Source: Convolutriloba macropyga
Lineage: Eukaryota
DNA: 64,000 nt
Assembly: GCF_964194025.1 (NCBI RefSeq)
Contig: NC_134473.1
Coordinates: forward strand, 44,268,001 to 44,332,000
Reading direction: 5' to 3'
The position numbers were made by a program, and so were the translations under genes. This document shows, piece by piece, positions 36,301 to 50,035 of this stretch. The stretch's first letter is position 1; each line of letters starts with the position of its first letter. The notes beneath the pieces are model-generated. The model saw nothing but the letters and a program-made list of their open reading frames with translations. It was not told where the DNA came from and did not search any database.

Positions 36301-39300
36301 GAAGAAAGTTCAAAGCCTACCCCACATAACCAGAAGGTGAGAGGCAAAGAGAAAATTAGTCCAAAGCTGTCAGAACAAGTGACTTAGATAATTGGAATCT
36401 GCCCGTCAGTTTTCAGTTTGAAAGGTTTTAGCGTTGAAGACATCAATGTCAATCCGACTTCCACGAATTTTTAGATAAAATACCGTCAACATTAGAAATT
36501 AGCAAGTCACGTGAACCAAGCGTTCTGCCTCCTGCATATCCTATCATCTTAAAATTTGGTAATGTCTATGACATTGGTAATGGAATCTCAACAGTAGACA
36601 TTATAAAGTCAGGTGGAAGATGTGGTGTACCTCATGCATTCTGTCGTAATAGCTTAAAAATATCGGTGATGTCTGTGACATTGGTAAGGGAGCCTCCAGA
36701 AAAATACGAACTTAATATCTAGAGTCTTTACTTGCCTGAAGAAATGTTGCTGCAATCTTCATACATCTGAACATTTGAAGAAATTTCAAAGCCTACCCCA
36801 CATACTCAAAAGTGCAGATGCAAACAGAAAATTAATTCAAAGCCGCGAGAACAATTAACTACGCTATATGAAGTCTTGAATTCAGTTTGAAAGAAGATTA
36901 TAGTATTGAAGTCATCAATATTGTCAATCCGACTTTCACAAATTTCAACGAATTTTTTGCACGAAATCCTATCAACCTTACTTTAACATTTCTGGTGGAA
37001 CAGACGGTGTACCTCGTGCATTCTGTCGTAATGCACTAATAAATTGGTATTGTCTGATTTTTGTTATGGAGCCTTCGGAAATGTACCACATTTACTATCT
37101 AGAGTTTCTACTAGCATCAAGAAATGTTTCTGCAATTTTCATATACATCTGATTTTGATTCATATACATCTCAAAGCCTAGCGCACATAATCAAAAGCTC
37201 AGGAACAAACAGAAAGTTATTTCTAAGCCGCCAGAACAAGTGACTAAGCTAAATGAATCAGTTCTCAGTTTGAAATGTTGAAGTATCGAAGAGATCATTG
37301 TCAATCCGACTTTTCCAAATTGCAGTGTCTCGAAGGAGTTTTTACGCAAAATACCATCAATATTAGACATTAGCAAGTCACGTGAATCAAGCGTTCTGGC
37401 TCCTGAATATCCTATCATCTTTAAAATTTTGGTAATGTCTATGACATTGGTAATGGAGTCTTCGGAAACATACCAGATTTAATAGCTAGAATCGCCACTC
37501 GCATCAAGAAATGTTTCTGCAATTTTCATATACACCTGAATTTGACGCGAAAGTTCAAAGCCTACCCCACTCGCTCAAATATCTGAGAAGCAAACAGAAA
37601 ATTATTTCAAAGCACAAATTATATCGAAGAAATTTTTACGCGAAATCCTATCAACATTAGACAGTACTAATTCTTGCTGAACAGGTGTATCTCATGCATT
37701 CTATCGTTATACACTGGAAAATTAGTAGTGTCCGATTTTTGTGATGGAGTCTTCGGAAACATACCAGATTTAATAGCTAGAATCTCTACTCGCATCAAGA
37801 AATGTTTGCAGTTTTCATACATCTGAATTTGAAGAAAGTTCAAAGCCTACCCCACATAACCAGAAGCTGAGAGGCAAACAGAAAATTAGTTCAAAGCTGC
37901 CACAACAAGTGACTTAGCTAAATGAAATCTTGCCTTCAGTTTTCAGTTTGAAAGGTTTTAATGTTGAAGACATGAATGTCAATCTGACATCCCCAAATTT
38001 CAGTTTCTGGCAGGAATTTTTACATGAAATACCGTCATAATGAGACATTAGCAAGTCATGTGAATCAAGCTTTCTGCCTCCTGCATATGCGATCATCTTA
38101 AGAAATTTGGTAATGTCTATGGCATTAGTAATGGAAACTTCGGAAACATACCAGATTTAATAGCTAGAATCTCTACTCGCATCAAGAAAAGTTTCTGCAG
38201 TTTTGATATAGATCTGAATTTGAAGAAAGTTCAAAGCCTAACACACATAACCAGAAGGTAAGAGGCAAACAGAAAACTAGTTCTAAGCTGCCAGAACCAG
38301 TGACTTAGCTAAATGAAATCTTCCCTTCAGTTTTCGGTTTGAAAGGTTTTAGCGTTGAAGACATCAATGTCAATCCGACTTCCACGAATTTTTAGATAAA
38401 ATACCGTCAACATTAGAAATTAGCAAGTCACGTGAACCAAGCGTTCTGCCTCCTGCATATCCTATCATCTTAAAATCTTTGGTAATGTCTATGACATTGG
38501 TAATGGAATCTCAACAGTAGACATTATAAAGTCAGGTGGAAGATGTGGTGTACCTCATGCATTCTGTCGTAATAACTTAAAAGTATCGGTGATGTCTGTG
38601 ACATTGGTAAGGGAGCCTTCAGAAAAATACGAACTTTAATATCTAGAGTCTTTACTTGCCTGAAGAAATGTTGCTGCAATCTTCATACATCTGAACATTT
38701 GAAGAAATTTCAAAGCCTACCCCACATACTCAAAAGTGCAGATGCAAACAGAAAATTAATTCAGAGCCGCGAGAACAATTAACTACGCTATATGAAGTCT
38801 TGAATTCAGTTTGAAAGAAGATTATAGTATTGAAGTCATCAATATTGTCAATCCGACTTTCACAAATTTCAACGAATTTTTTGCACGAAATCCTATCAAC
38901 TTTACTGTAACGTTTCTGGTCGAACAGACGGTGTACCTCGTGCATTCTGTCCTAATGCACTAAGAAATTGGTATTGTCTGATTTTTGTTATGGAGCCTTC
39001 GGAAATGTACCACATTTACTATCTAGAGTTTCTACTAGCATCAAGAAATGTTTCTGCAATTTTCATATACATCTGATTTTGATTCATATACATCTCAAAG
39101 CCTAGCGCACATAATCAAAAGCTCAGGAACAAACAGAAAGTTATTTCTAAGCCGCCAGAACAAGTGACTAAGCTAAATGAATCAGTTCTCAGTTTGAAAT
39201 GTTGAAGTATCGAAGAGATCATTGTCAATCCGACATTTCCAAATTGCAGTGTCTCGAAGGAGTTTTTACGCAAAATACCATCAGTATTAGACGTTAGCAA

Positions 39301-39470
39301 GTCATGTGAACCAAGCGTTCTGCCTCCTGCATATCCTATCACTTTGAAAATTTTGGTAATGTATATGGCATTGGAAATGGAGCGTCCGGAAAAGTACCAA
39401 GTTTAATATATAGTCTACTCGCATCAAGAAATATTACTACAATCTTCATACATCTGAAAATTGGGACATT
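33347..39470. repeat. satellite array 2, about 390-bp unit, roughly 15 diverged copies with higher-order duplication
   Basis: AAGCTGCC..AACAAGTGACTTAGCTAA recurs about every 390 bp; block 36300-37400 is repeated at about 38220-39340. Confidence 0.92.
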
Positions 39471-39662
39471 TTTCAAGTCAAAGTTCTGAAAGCGCTGGGA
39501 ACAATATATAATATATATTTTGGTGTCATATGCACGTTCTCGTTTAGGGTGAAGAAAAGTCTTTGAAAGGCCAAAATGTGGCGACAAAACGGTGTGATAA
39601 TAAAGATTGTGCGGCGAATTTTTGTGAATACCAAATCTGTTAGTTGTTAGTTTTGGATTTAG

Positions 39663-40077
39663 TTTGGCGTTGGTAGAGGACGCGTTGGAGGAGTTAGTTG
39701 CTGCCGATTTTCCTGTGCGGTCCGCCTCGACTGCAAGTGGAGATATGTGCAACATGACTGATCTATTGGAGAGATTGGGTTGTGGGAATAGTGTTGCCGC
39801 GTTGTCTATGCCAATGATGACGTCGCAAGATACAACGGCTGCAGATAACGAAGGGACAGCAGGAGGTGGAGGAATTAGTGGTCTTGCTGACGAGTTTGTC
39901 GATCTGGAGTCTATTTTATCAGACGAGGAACTCAGACAGCTGATGCAAATTGCAGTTGGAATGGTCAAGACAGTGAGAGCGTGTCTTAAGAAGGCATGCA
40001 GTGAACTACAACAAGCAGCAACAGCTGCTGAGATGACAAAAGAACGAGTCGACCAAATAGTGGACTGCTGCAACAAG
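39663..40077 (+). CDS. CCNDBP1: CCNDBP1/GCIP-like coding exon 2
   Basis: TTTAG| acceptor in phase 2 matching exon 1; LVEDALEEL...GMVKTVRACLKK...VDQIVDCCNK|GTATTG parallels GCIP VKDA.EEM...ASKACLKK...LDDIV. Confidence 0.85.
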
Positions 40078-40111
40078 GTATTGCTAGTAATGTTCCTTTT
40101 CCATTATATAA

Positions 40112-40157
40112 GACACACCCACACACAAACACTTACGCGCAGACACGCACACACGAA

Positions 40158-40198
<41 letters not shown>

Positions 40199-40450
40199 GG
40201 ACACACGCACGCACAGGTACACACAAACACACTCGCGCACACAGACGCACAAAAACGCACACACATGCGCGCACGCAGACGTAGAAAAACACACGCGCAC
40301 CTACACACGCGCACACACAACAAACACACACATATACCCGCAAACAGTACAAAAATGCAGACACGAAAACGCACACTCACGCAAGGGCACACATACACGC
40401 GCACGCACGCGCGTACAGATACAGGCGAAAAGACGCGTGTACGCACACAG
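40112..40450. repeat. degenerate (CA)n/(CG)-rich microsatellite
   Basis: Directly visible. Confidence 0.9.
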
Positions 40451-41557
40451 GCAGACTCATAGGGTTTTGACTTTGGTCAACAGTTTGTCAGGCAGCGTTT
40501 TGACATTGCTGAGACTTGCTTTTTTAGCTTTGCTGCGTAGGTTGCCACAGTCGGTTTTTTGACATCGGTCTACGCGCTTGCGGGTCTTTTTAATAGCGGC
40601 ACAGCGATAGCTGGGGCTATTATTGTTCTTCTCAAGAATTGAATTGTATTGGGGCGCTGTCTTTTTTTTTCAGATCTGTCCACACATTTTTGAAGTCAAA
40701 TTGGAGTAGTGATTTTGGTCACGCCGAAACAGGAAGTGGAGCAAAAAAGTTTCGCGGCGAGTAAGTGGAGCGAAAAAGTTGGAGCGAGTGGTTTTGCGGC
40801 GTGAAACTTTTTCACTCTAATTTTGAAGTAGAGTGAGAAAACGGTGTTTGAACAAAAATGCGCTTTCTCGCTAGTGATTTTTGGTTCACATGCTGCAGTT
40901 TAACTTTGATTTGCTGTTTTTTGTTTGTTTTTGTGATCTGATTTTTTAGAAATGGTTTTCCCAATTCACTCATAGTCCGTTCTAGGTCTAGTTTTTTGTT
41001 TAGTCAATGAAAATTCTTTTAATTGTACGTCAGGACTTGTCCTGCTATGTTTTTTTATTTCGTCGTCAAGATTTTTGTTGCGACCATATGACGTCAACCA
41101 CTTTTTGTTCATTCGTTCACGCAATTTCAATTGAAGTGCGTGCGTGACGTCATTTTTTGCTGTTAGTGGAGCGAGTTTTTTTGTTCATTCGCGTGATTAA
41201 ATTTTTGGTCCCACGTGACTTACCTCACTCTCAAAAATGACTTTCTCACGTTGAAATTGAATTTATTTACTTTAATTCAAAGAGATAAGGTCAAGTGAAC
41301 ATGTGTCACTCGAAATGAAGGTTATTTGAGAGCAGCCAATAGAAGCAGCAAAACTAATACAGACTCTTAACCAAAATAAAACATCTCAGCCTTCAATGAA
41401 AAAACTAATTTTTTTGGGCTGTCTTTTTTTACTGTTTTTTTTAGACTGCAGATCTACGAAGGTATTGCGGCTATTTTCTGGCAATCTGCCAACTATGTTC
41501 AGTAATTTTCTAACACGCTGCGCAGAATTTTTCCTACGTGGTACCTGCCTGCTTCAG

Positions 41558-41690
41558 ATGTCACCAACTTGTGATGAGTTTGTGTTGGCTCTGTATCCTC
41601 CGAGGAGAGCGACATTGTTGGAGTCCGAAGCAAAATGTCTCGCAGTTGCCATGCGCAACTTGATATCTGCCATTTGTGGTGTAGAAAACG
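41558..41690 (+). CDS. CCNDBP1: CCNDBP1/GCIP-like coding exon 3
   Basis: CTTCAG| phase 0; MSPTCDEFVLALYPP matches the GCIP hallmark ISPSVDDLA.S.YPP; donor G|GTAAGA, phase 1. Confidence 0.88.
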
Positions 41691-42294
41691 GTAAGACTTT
41701 CACGGCTGAACCAAGTGAATGACTATAAGATACCGCCTCCTCTTCCTACTTCCCTTCTCTAACCTCTCCTTCCCTCCCGAAGTTCATTGCTGTTCTCTTT
41801 CTCAGCTCTCTATGCTCGCTCCTCCTTATAACATTGTAAGATGGAAGAGTTGAACTTTTTATTTTGATATACTTAAATCTAAAAGATTCTTTAGATAACT
41901 TAAATACTCATCTCATATTTTACTCACAGGCTATCATTTAGCCGCTCTCTTTTTTGAACAATCCATGAATTGGATTGTATTGGTGCTCTGTTTTATGACT
42001 CGAAGAGCAGTATTGGTTTCTACAGGTTTTTTGTTTCGAAGATGAGTGTTGGTATACTACAGGTTTTTTGCCACCTAAAGAAAGCTTGTTTGGACTTTAA
42101 CATTAGCTTAATTTCTAATATGTAATTAGGAACTGCTGATGGTAATGTTCAAGGTCGAAAGGCTATTTTGAGATATTTTGTTTCCACAATTCCTCTACCT
42201 TATTAAAAAAAACAGACACCCTTTCACATACCTGCCCCCCCCACCCCACCAAACTGCCCCCATTACTCCCCAACCCCTTACCTCCACACTAATG

Positions 42295-42560
42295 GGTAGA
42301 TGGCACTTCCAGGTGTCGTACAGAATCAGATGTGTAAGGTAATAAAAATACAACTTAGTAAATTTCTTTACTTGACACATTATCTGATTCTGTACTACAC
42401 CTGGATGTGCCGTCTACCACAGATAATGTGCGAAGTAATAAAATGAACTAAATTATATTGAAAATAGAAAACGCGTAGATGGCAGGTCCAGATGTAGTAC
42501 AGAATCATATAGTGTAATTAGATAACGTGGAAAGTAATAAAATTTACTAAATTGTAATCT
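42295..42560. repeat. long imperfect inverted repeat plus a third direct copy
   Basis: GGTAGATGGCAC.TCCAGGTGT.GTACAGAATCAGAT at 42295, inverted ending at 42418, direct again at about 42475. Confidence 0.8.
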
Positions 42561-42899
42561 ATTACTTTACACAGTAGTATATAACAGCTACTCGTAAGGA
42601 CAGGTGGTTATCCTTCGATACTTAAGCATGGAATATTATCTGGTGGTTAAGTGGGAATAGGATTGGCTGGACTTTGAATCGTTCTACCCGGCCGCCATTA
42701 ACTCTTTGACTCTCGCTTTCAAAACACCTAAACGAATTTTGCACTACGTGTTAAAATTGTTCCATGTCTGTTTTCTCTACTGACTGTAGTAGAATCACAT
42801 TGGGATAAAAAGGTTTTTGTAAAAATGAGTGCGCGATGAATTTCGAAAGAGTGCGCGATGAATTAAAAAAGATTATTCAGAATGTGGCAAAATATTCTA

Positions 42900-43255
42900 C
42901 TTTTTGCAATAATAATGATAGATCATTGTATAGTATTGATGCTGGCGCTGGTGCAATAGCGTATGATGTTGTAATAGAAATTGAATGTTTGTCTTGGTAT
43001 GTACCTAGTATTGACCATAGTAATGACAATGGCATAATTGCTCAGAAAGGATTAAATAAAAGAATAATATAGATTTCAATTGTTCTGAAAGAAAGACATG
43101 TACCTAATGACACTAACTTCTTGTTTGATCTTGGTTTGTAGAGTGGTGAGAAGATACCACAATATATAACAGTTGGTTTCGAAAATATTAATGTTAATGA
43201 ACAAGTAAATGTTGCAAGTACCTTCAATATAATTGTTGCGACTGAGTGTTATTAA
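42900..43255 (+). pseudogene. fragment of a Polinton/adintovirus-like double-jelly-roll major capsid protein
   Basis: IEIECLSWYVPSI...ERK...VPNDTNFLFDLG...IPQYITVGFEN...Q...STFN...TEC, resembling the WYVP and P..I.VGF motifs of these capsids; frameshifted. Confidence 0.55.
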
Positions 43256-44559
43256 TTGCTCTTGAACGTAGTTCATAGCAATTATTGTAAACGTGTGTGT
43301 CTTTTTTTATGGAAAATTTTTGCTTGACAATTTTGACTTTTCGAGTGACTTTTACGCCCTTGACTTTTTGCATTTCGCGTGATCTAAAATTCTCTCTCAA
43401 TCACAATTTCAAGCAGCTGAACTCAATTGGCGGCAATTAAATACTAAAAGTCAAATGAAAAGTGCGCCGAAACTGGTGTCATTTTTTACTTTAAATCTTA
43501 ATAGTGGTATATGTTAACCTCTGTGGTTATTTGAAGCCGACTATAGAACTTCTTAGTCCCATTTAGGCTCCCCCCCGACTGAAGACAGGCTGCAATTGAT
43601 CAGAGCTTCCACTAGTCGTTCAAGAGCAATTCTTCCGACGTTTAGTCGGTTATGTTTGTAAGATTGGTGGTGAGTTTTATCCTGAAGATAGGATGAATTA
43701 TTGGAGTAATAATTATAGTGAGATGTTAAGAGATAGATAGTGAATTTCAATAAATATTATAATGGATTAGCTGATAATATTAAACCATATAAATCATAGA
43801 ACAATTAAAAGTTGTTTTTGTTCCGACCCCACTTTTGGGGGAAGGAACTATATACTCAAATGGGTTTTTTGTTGCGACAATTTTAGCCGATCGATGTATT
43901 CATCGTAGAGAAATGTTTGTGGTATCATTAAAAAGGTCGTCCACCATAGAGTTCCCAATTAAAAAGATTTTTTTGAATTTCTTTTATTTCGAGGACACGT
44001 GATATTTTTTGTGTTAACACGTGATTTTGCGTGAACACGTGATATTTGGCATGATTTTGCTCACTTTTTGGGGAATTTTCGTTCAAATTGATTTTTTCTA
44101 TAAAAATAGTATTTCAAAATTATATTTCGCGCCACAAAATGAATCAGTTTCGTGTTCCTAATAGACAAAAGGCAATAAAAAGACTAGTTTTGGTCTCATA
44201 GAGCAGTTTACTATAAAAAAATTCGAATTCTAATTGAGAGCTCCTTTTCAGAAAACGTTTCATATTTTTTATAAGTCACCTAGAAGCCTTTCACTTTTCA
44301 TATCGAGGTTCCATTAATGAAAAGCCTCATTTACAGTCAAATGAAGCCAGATGAACGAGGGCCCAATGAACGTTTTCAAGATCAATTCTCATGTTTTTTT
44401 GGCTTCGACTCTGAGTTTTTGTACCTTTAATTGAGATTTTGATTTTCTTTTTTAGGTTTTACAAAAATTTTGGAGTCCTATGGCGTAGAATCGTTGACTA
44501 AAAATGCAGCAGCTTTTGTAATGAGCATTAGTGAACCTATCTAGTGCTTTAAATGGACA

Positions 44560-44960
44560 GCTAATGGCTGTTAAGACATTAAAAATAAATTGTCGGAAAT
44601 TTTTTTCAACGTTAACCAACCGTAAATTTATTTTCGTGAATTGTAAGTCAGTCTCAGTAATTACAGGACCCCTTTCCTTCCTACTGCAACCAAAATTAAC
44701 CTGGTTAGGAGATTTGTCTTCTAACTATCGGTCATTTGTCTTCAATGCCACAAGATTTCAAAATAATTCACCACAATTTTTGGATGGTTTTGTATTATTG
44801 GTTCCTTTTGAAACCTGATCGCAGTATCTAAAAATTGATAGCTCCCATTGGCTTACAGAAGACGTTCATTGGATCATAGATAACGTTTTCAGAAAAACGT
44901 ATGGTTTCAATGGCTTCGACACTTTCATTTCGCACTTTTCTACGTATGTTTTGGTTTGTG

Positions 44961-45046
<86 letters not shown>

Positions 45047-45560
45047 CTGTTGTTTTCATAGTCATCAGACTTATTGTGATGTCTTATTGATTAGCTATTT
45101 GTGACAAACATCCTCGTCTTCCCATCGAGGCGTTACTGAGCGTATTGAATGATATCTGTTGAAAGCTTTTGAATTTAATGGCTCTCAAGACTTAAAAATA
45201 TTTTTTTCGGAATTTTTTTCAATATTAACAAATCGTAAACTTTTGCTCGTGACTGAAAGTTAGTCTCAGTGATATCAGAACCATTTGCTTTTCTACTTCA
45301 ACCAAAATTTGTCTAGTCAGCAGTTTTTTCTTCTAACTATTGGTTTTATGAATTCCATGCACGAGTTTTCATATTTGTAATTTTTGGATATTTTTCTTCG
45401 TAATTATGGTTCGTTTTGAAGTCTTATCACATTATCTTAATACTGATAGCTCCCATTGGTTTAGAGAAGGCGTTCAATGGATCAAAGGTATTGTTTCAGA
45501 GATTAGCTTATGGTCGCGACTTTTTCATCTCGCACTTTTCTACTAAATTTTTGGATTTTT
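44560..45560 (+). repeat. two diverged, about 400-bp direct repeats separated by a long (TA)n tract (44963-45043)
   Basis: Shared blocks CGGAA.TTTTTTCAA, AGTCTCAGT, CTTCTAACTAT, TGATAGCTCCCATTGG, CGCACTTTTCTAC. Confidence 0.75.
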
Positions 45561-47588
45561 CCTGTATTTATTGTTTTTATACTCAGTGACCTGTTGAAAT
45601 TCCATTTGGTTAAGTTATGAATGACAAACATCATTTTCGTCCCTTGGATGCCAAGTTCAGCGTGTTTATTGGCTTTTGTTGAAATCTTGAATTTAATGGT
45701 GTTGATACTACGGGTTTTCACAAAAAATTTTGTGATTTTAATTTATTCGTTCATATTTGATGATTTTTTGAAGTCATATTGTTCGAAAGGAAGAATCCAA
45801 TTGGTGTTAAAGCTTCTTTAATTGAAAACAGAAAAATTTACAAGAAATTTTTCTCAATGGCTTTTCGCTGGACAGTTTTCTCGCACATTATTTTTTTTTT
45901 ATATTTGCTGTTTTGGCCTGTTTTTTTATTCTTTGTAGCCGTAATATTCCGACCGGCCTCATGAGCTTATAATTAAGCATTGAATGAATGATGTTACTCG
46001 AAGCACTCAGTTTATGGTGAATAGTCATAAAGTTTATGATATACATTTTTTCAATCTTTTCAGTTTTTGTTGCTCTTTTCATCAACTTCTAACTTGTTCT
46101 CATCATTGGGAGATCCTATCCATTTCCCTGTATTTCAGAAATTAATATGTCTACTAATATTATGTAATTACTGATGTTTTGTTTGTTGGACAAAATGCGT
46201 TTTCATAAAAGTTTTGTGGGTGGTACCTTTGTTTCTTTTTCTCTTCTTTTAGCACATTCGGTTAATAACAGATCCTAATGATTTTCAAGTGTGGCCCAAA
46301 TGGACTTATTTATCTTTTAAGTATAATTTTAGCTGAATTGGTATAAAAACTGAAATAAAAATACATGTTATTCAGATAATAGATAATGATTTTAATGGCT
46401 TCAATATATTGTGTTTTCGCAATTTGTTTGTAATTTTTTGAGTTTTTCTGTAACTTTAGTCCGTTCATATGGCTTAGTCAACGAAAGACAGGCCCCGTTG
46501 GTTTTATAATGACTTTTTACTGAATTTATCAGGAAATATTTTATAAGCTAATGTTATAAGACTTTTGAAATTATTTGGTTTAAAAAATGTTGATTGATTT
46601 TTGGATTTTGCCTCATTGTTTCTTCTCTTTGTCGACTTGTACCTAGTCTCATTAAGGAAAATTTCCATCTGCTGTATAGTGAAGCAAAAGTAAGTTTGTT
46701 TAGTTAAGGTTTTAGCTGATTGCGTTTTGACATTGTTACTAGGTGCTTTTAAGTTTTAGATAGAGTTTTTGCCTTGAAATTTTTGGTTTTTTGCCTATTT
46801 TGTTGTTGGTTTATTTTTTTTCTCGTAGTCTTTTTAATGGCAGATCTCATGAGTGTTGTAATGAGGAATGGCATTATGTAATTCAATTGGTAGTTAGGTT
46901 TTGTAACGAGTTTTTCAAACAAGTATCTATTTTTGATCTCTTCATTTGGTTGACAATTAAGTCAAAAATGTAGATGAGCTCGGGTCGGAACATCATGTAC
47001 GAACGCACATCAACGATCCTCCTTGTTTAATGTATGTATCTGATAGTAAATATCAGTGATCATATAGAATCACAACAGTAAAACTGATTTTTAAATTTAT
47101 TGCTGCTCTTGCTGATGTTATATCTCTAGCATTAGTTTTAACTAAAAAGATTATTAGTGTTAGTAGTTATGGTATAAGATGGTTGATATTGATAGCTTGA
47201 TATATTGATGTTGATGTTTTTAAATTACTCTTTAATTGAATAATAAAAACTTTAATATAATAATGAAACTTATCACAGTGTTTCCACTGATCTCAGACTG
47301 GTTTTTTGGTACTGTATACCCATTACAGTGCGTCCTATATGCAGTATCACATCATCCTTTTTAAGAACTGTGATTTTGGTTTTTTTTAATCACTTAGGTT
47401 CATAGTATTTAATCAAATCGGGGGATGTTAGTTAGGAATGAACCCCAAACACTGCGTTTGCCAAAGCAACTTAACTTGAAACAATGAATTAACCACCACA
47501 CTAAGTGAGACAAAAAGTTTTAGTTTTTGGTCGACATATTTTTAGTTTTAGATTGGTTTTAAATGAAGTTGTAGTTTATGTCGACATA

Positions 47589-47786
47589 AGTAGTGTATAA
47601 TATGTGCTATCCATGAACTTTTAAAAAATTGGTTAAAATCGCATAATTTACATGATTTTAATTTTTAAAAAATTAAAATGAAAAAGTCGGCGATTAGGTG
47701 GTTTTTCATTGTATTTTTAAAATATAAAACCATGTAAATTACATGAGTTTTTCAAAGTGGCTGTATAGCACATATTATACACTACT
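47589..47786. mobile_element. MITE-like foldback element
   Basis: Terminal inverted repeat AGTAGTGTATAATATGTGCTAT...ATAGCACATATTATACACTACT with further internal symmetry; no clear TSD. Confidence 0.6.
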
Positions 47787-48053
47787 CACATTATACGCTA
47801 CTCTCAGCTGGCTACTACAAGCCAGCCGTTTTCCGGTTGCTGAGAGCAATTCGTCCGACGTTAGTCGGTTAAATTTCCCTAATGATGTTTCCCTATGATT
47901 CAACGTCCAAACGGTGTTCAGCGGGGGTCAAAGTCGTCTATTTTCCGGCAATCTGACAGCTATGTTTATGACAGGAATTGTCTAAGTGATGCCATGCGTT
48001 GTTCAAGGGCCTTGAGTTGACTGAAGGAAAATTGAAATGGTTTTTTCCTTTAG

Positions 48054-48265
48054 ATGAGCAGGATACTGTAATCACGGAAGGTGGTCATACGTGTCTGCAA
48101 TCATTAGAATGTGGGAGTCAGCGTCAGCAGCATGAACATGCGGCGAACTTAAGTGGTTGTGGCAGTAATTCCAACAGGAGAGATAGACAAACAGAAATTC
48201 TGGAGAAAGCAGTTGAACACAACACCAGCAAACTCATAAACTTCTTAAAAGCTACCATTCACTGA
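48054..48265 (+). CDS. CCNDBP1: CCNDBP1/GCIP-like terminal coding exon
   Basis: TTTTTTCCTTTAG| phase 1 matches exon 3; ends EILEKAVEHNTSKLINFL, like GCIP L..AIDH...IK; the four exons total 1296 nt = 431 aa + stop. Confidence 0.8.
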
Positions 48266-48382
48266 TTATTTATTACTTTTGTTGAGATTTATACAGTGTA
48301 CCGTGGCGGTGATCTTGCAAAATTTGTAGTAATAATAGCAATTCGAATTACAGATTTTATCGTAGATTTTAATCCGTGAAGA

Positions 48383-48388
48383 AATAAA
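48383..48388 (+). terminator. candidate polyadenylation signal AATAAA
   Basis: About 120 nt after the stop codon of the CCNDBP1-like gene. Confidence 0.4.
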
Positions 48389-50035
48389 TTGACGAGAAAA
48401 AGGCATTGCTTCAATTTCTTCAAGTTTGGTTTTTTGACCGGCCACAGGTTGACAAAATTTAGTAGAGTTCGTAAGGGCGTACTACTGTACCGTATAATGT
48501 TTTAAGAAGAGAACATTACGAATGTCTTGTCAAATTAATACGGTGTCGTATACAATTTGAAGGCTGCATTAAGGGTAAAGGGGTGCCGTATTAAAGCCTC
48601 AGCAAGATTAATAAGGTGCCGTGCTTAGGAAAGAGCCGAACAGTTGTCGGAAGACTTCTAGTCCAGTTCAAAACCTGATGTTCTGAGATTTTTCCAGTTT
48701 AATTTTTAGTGATTTTCCGCCTTTTTCCGGGCTTTGGAACTCGTAGTGGCGGAGATTCTTAAATGTTGAATAGAAAAATTGAGCGTGCTAGAGCAGTGAA
48801 AAAGCGTGCATGTACAGTTCTCCAAAACATACAGCAAGACAGGCGGAATAAAACAATTCAAAACAAAATAAGCTGCATAATATATCTAAAGGGTTGTCTT
48901 CAGAATGTGCAAACCAGTAAATTGTAGCTGAACCGAGTTAAAAACTGCTGGACGGTGTTGAAAACTATAGAAAAGCGGAAATGGCACAGTCAATGTACAG
49001 TTCTACAAAAGAAAACATTTCGTGATATATCTATAATGTCGGAAAATTGCTGAAAGACTGAATAATTGACTGTAAGGTATCGAGTTTTCAACCTTTCCCG
49101 TGCTTGGAGAGTGGTTTAGTTAGTCTAGATTATTCTATGGAAAACTGATGAGCACTGCAAAATAGCCGGGCAATAAAAAATATTGCACACTCGATGTCGG
49201 CTAGAAATGTAGCTTTTGATCCGCGCTTTCCCGTTCCATGCATCATTGGCCAGTGCGAACATCTACATGTACAGTTTCTTTCTACCTCAGCATCACGCCG
49301 GTGTGCAGTCCAGTGTTATTCCTGTAGCATTAGGAGTAACAAACCTGAACCCACTTTTTGGCTGCCCAGACATGTTTGATCATGCGCGGGGATTGAAAAT
49401 TTTTCGTCAATTATACCCTATATGTTAGGATTGTTGCCTGAAATTTACCTTAACTCTATGTTTAATTCTTGATAAAAGATGTTTAATTCTTTTGTTTATT
49501 AGGGCTATTTACTCTACTCCTACCTTCACTGCGGAGAATTGTGTTACAAAAAAAGTCAGCGGGAGAACAAATAACTAGGGAGCATAAATCCAATTTTCAT
49601 TTGCCAAAGACTCAAAAGTGCTGTACTGAAAATCATTGTCACTAATGCGAACAAATTTTTTTTATAGATTTTATAAAAAAAAATTTCCTAAAATACATAG
49701 AATAAAACGCAAGTGGTAAAGGGTCAATTTACAGTTAGGAAAATATCATTATTTAAATTTCAGAAACCATCAAATTAGTTGAAGAACCAGAGCTTACTTT
49801 ATTAAAAGCAGGCTAGAAAGGCTAGCAGAATGTTTTATGTAAAGCATCTTTGAATGACATCCATTACTTTTTCCAAAAATTCTGTCTAAAAAATGTTCTT
49901 TCAACTCTTTTTTCAGCGGAGATCTCGATTTTAAGTCTGTCATTAGAAGGCAAAGTATTATGAATGGAATGGCTTGTGCAACAAAAAGCATCAGCTGAAA
50001 ACTTATTGTTCTTCCTTAATCAAATGTAACTTTCT

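Noticed and set aside
30969-39342. Repeated short ORFs in the two satellite arrays
   Set aside because: They recur only because the DNA is tandemly repeated; stops and starts vary between units and no domain motifs are visible
40084-40462. His/Thr-rich and Cys/Val-rich ORFs
   Set aside because: Translations of a (CA)n microsatellite lying after the exon 2 donor
45560-47240. T-rich stretch that may be a decayed element on the minus strand
   Set aside because: No recognisable motifs or termini could be established by eye
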